A DNA stretch of 64,000 nucleotides. It comes from Geosiphon pyriformis uo1. Lineage: Eukaryota > Fungi > Glomeromycota. The notes beneath the pieces were generated by a model that made no database searches, was not told the origin of the DNA, and saw only the letters and a list, made by a program, of their open reading frames with translations. The DNA lies in contig JAAOMT010000659.1 of assembly GCA_016748015.1 (NCBI GenBank), positions 871,222 to 935,221 on the forward strand, written 5' to 3'. Shown one piece after another: positions 62,604 through 64,000 of this stretch. The position numbers and the translations under genes were made by a program. Positions within the stretch are counted from its first letter, which is position 1. Each line of letters starts with the position of its first letter.

Positions 62604-64000
62604 TGTTACCAGTAGAATTTTAGCTATTAATTAGCACGAAATTATTTTCATAATTCCTATTATTAATTAGCATATTATTATCATTTCGATTATCACTTAT
62701 TAAATTAGCCAAATTATCAAATATCATTACTCAATCAATAATCCGATTTGTACTCTAGAAATTAAGATGATCAAATTACACAATACCCTGAACCATTTAA
62801 CATAGTCAAAATTCGCCGAAATTAATGAAAATTCGCCGAAATAATCAATAGTTCAGTGAAATAACTTGTAAATTTGCTGAAATGTATTTTTAGTTCACCC
62901 AAATTGTAGCAAAGAGAAAAGTGCAAGTTCAAAGACTAGTACTACAACAAGTTGTATAAAAGAAGAGCTTTTCTCTTCAAGAAAATGTATCCTTCCCATA
63001 TCTTACTATAGTATTTTACTTTAGATATCTTAATTAGAACAAATCACTTTTTTTACAAAATCAAATAAAAATTAAAATATTCAAAAACCAAATCCTTAAA
63101 TTATTACACTTGAAATTTCTTCAACACAACTAACGTTTTGAAATTGATTAGCTACCAATTTCAATAAACTGTTAGTGATTCCAGGCCTGGATAGAAAACG
63201 TTTCCCTTGACAGAATTCTATTTCTTTTACATTTCTTTTAGTTTTCTTTTATTTTCTTATTACAATTATTAGGGTAGCCTACAGACGAGATTCCTGTAGA
63301 AGAGTTGACTTTCACAGCAAAGTAACTACACATTTTAGTGAGCTTCCAGACGAGCAATTCCTGGGAAAGAGTTGACATTTACTACAATGTAACTACACAA
63401 AGTAACTGGTATGGAATTGGCCATTCTACTCATAAGCCCAGCAGTTCAAATTATAGGAGATAATTTGAAGATAAATTCAGTTACTGGAGGTCTAACTACT
63501 TTCTAAAAACGTGAATTTACAGCAAATCAACATTAACAACATTCAAGAAAAGAGACCAAAAACCTCTGGTAACATTTGGTGCTCTCCCATAGAAATAACA
63601 CAGCAACAACAAATTCAAAGTGGCAACCACACCAGACACAACAACTCTAGAGTATTATCAGTCAATTTACACTCACTGCAAGCAAAGATTCAACATCCCA
63701 GACGGAATTGAGGTTGTCAAAAAATCAGTATACCAATACATTAAAAACCACATCAACAATTATCTTCTTGGAAATTACAACATCTCAGAAGTTAGAAGCA
63801 ATCTTTACAATAATTTAGTGCACTATTCACAGTTGAGAACTGAAGACCTTAACAGTGAAACACTTGCCACTTACTTCCAAGAACTTAATTTTAACATTAT
63901 CAAGTACTGTGAAGAAACATATCTAGTGCAGTCTCAATACTCTATTGACTTTGAATCAGAAACAGAAACAAGCAACAAAGACAAACAAAAAGTGAAACAA
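62604..64000 (+). mobile_element. Ty3/gypsy family B element B2, 5' end (LTR 62604-63574, PBS 63577-63594, gag start)
   Basis: Perfect TGTTACC...GGTAACA termini, followed by TGGTGCTCTCCCAT. Confidence 0.95.
63620..64000 (+). CDS. Gag N-terminal region of B2 (GTG-started, open to the window end)
   Basis: VATTPDTTTLEYYQSIYTHCKQRFNIPDGIE...KQKVKQ is near-identical to ORF 28852-29736. Confidence 0.75.
   Translation, partial: MATTPDTTTLEYYQSIYTHCKQRFNIPDGIEVVKKSVYQYIKNHINNYLLGNYNISEVRSNLYNNLVHYSQLRTEDLNSETLATYFQELNFNIIKYCEETYLVQSQYSIDFESETETSNKDKQKVKQ

Overview
AT-rich eukaryotic (fungal) genomic DNA. The repeat families and small GT-AG introns suggest an arbuscular-mycorrhizal/Glomeromycota genome, possibly Geosiphon; that attribution is recall-based and unverified. 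Most of the window is nested, mutationally decayed retroelements. There are two Ty3/gypsy families (A and B), both carrying a Cys-rich module plus dUTPase between protease and RT. Family B also has an intact extra ORF after integrase. Several APE/RT/RNase H LINEs and a ladder of increasingly AT-converted LTR relics make up the rest. One CpG-rich host island (~43.5-50.2 kb) holds three spliced genes: eIF4B/TIF3 (10 exons), a 94-aa bacterial-like DUF427 gene (5 exons, absent from the ORF track) and SSH4. Highlights: the conserved Cys-rich/dUTPase insert in pol, the env-position ORF3, an apparently conserved GUG start for Gag, a strongly context-biased C-to-T hypermutation of repeats, and the DUF427 gene.
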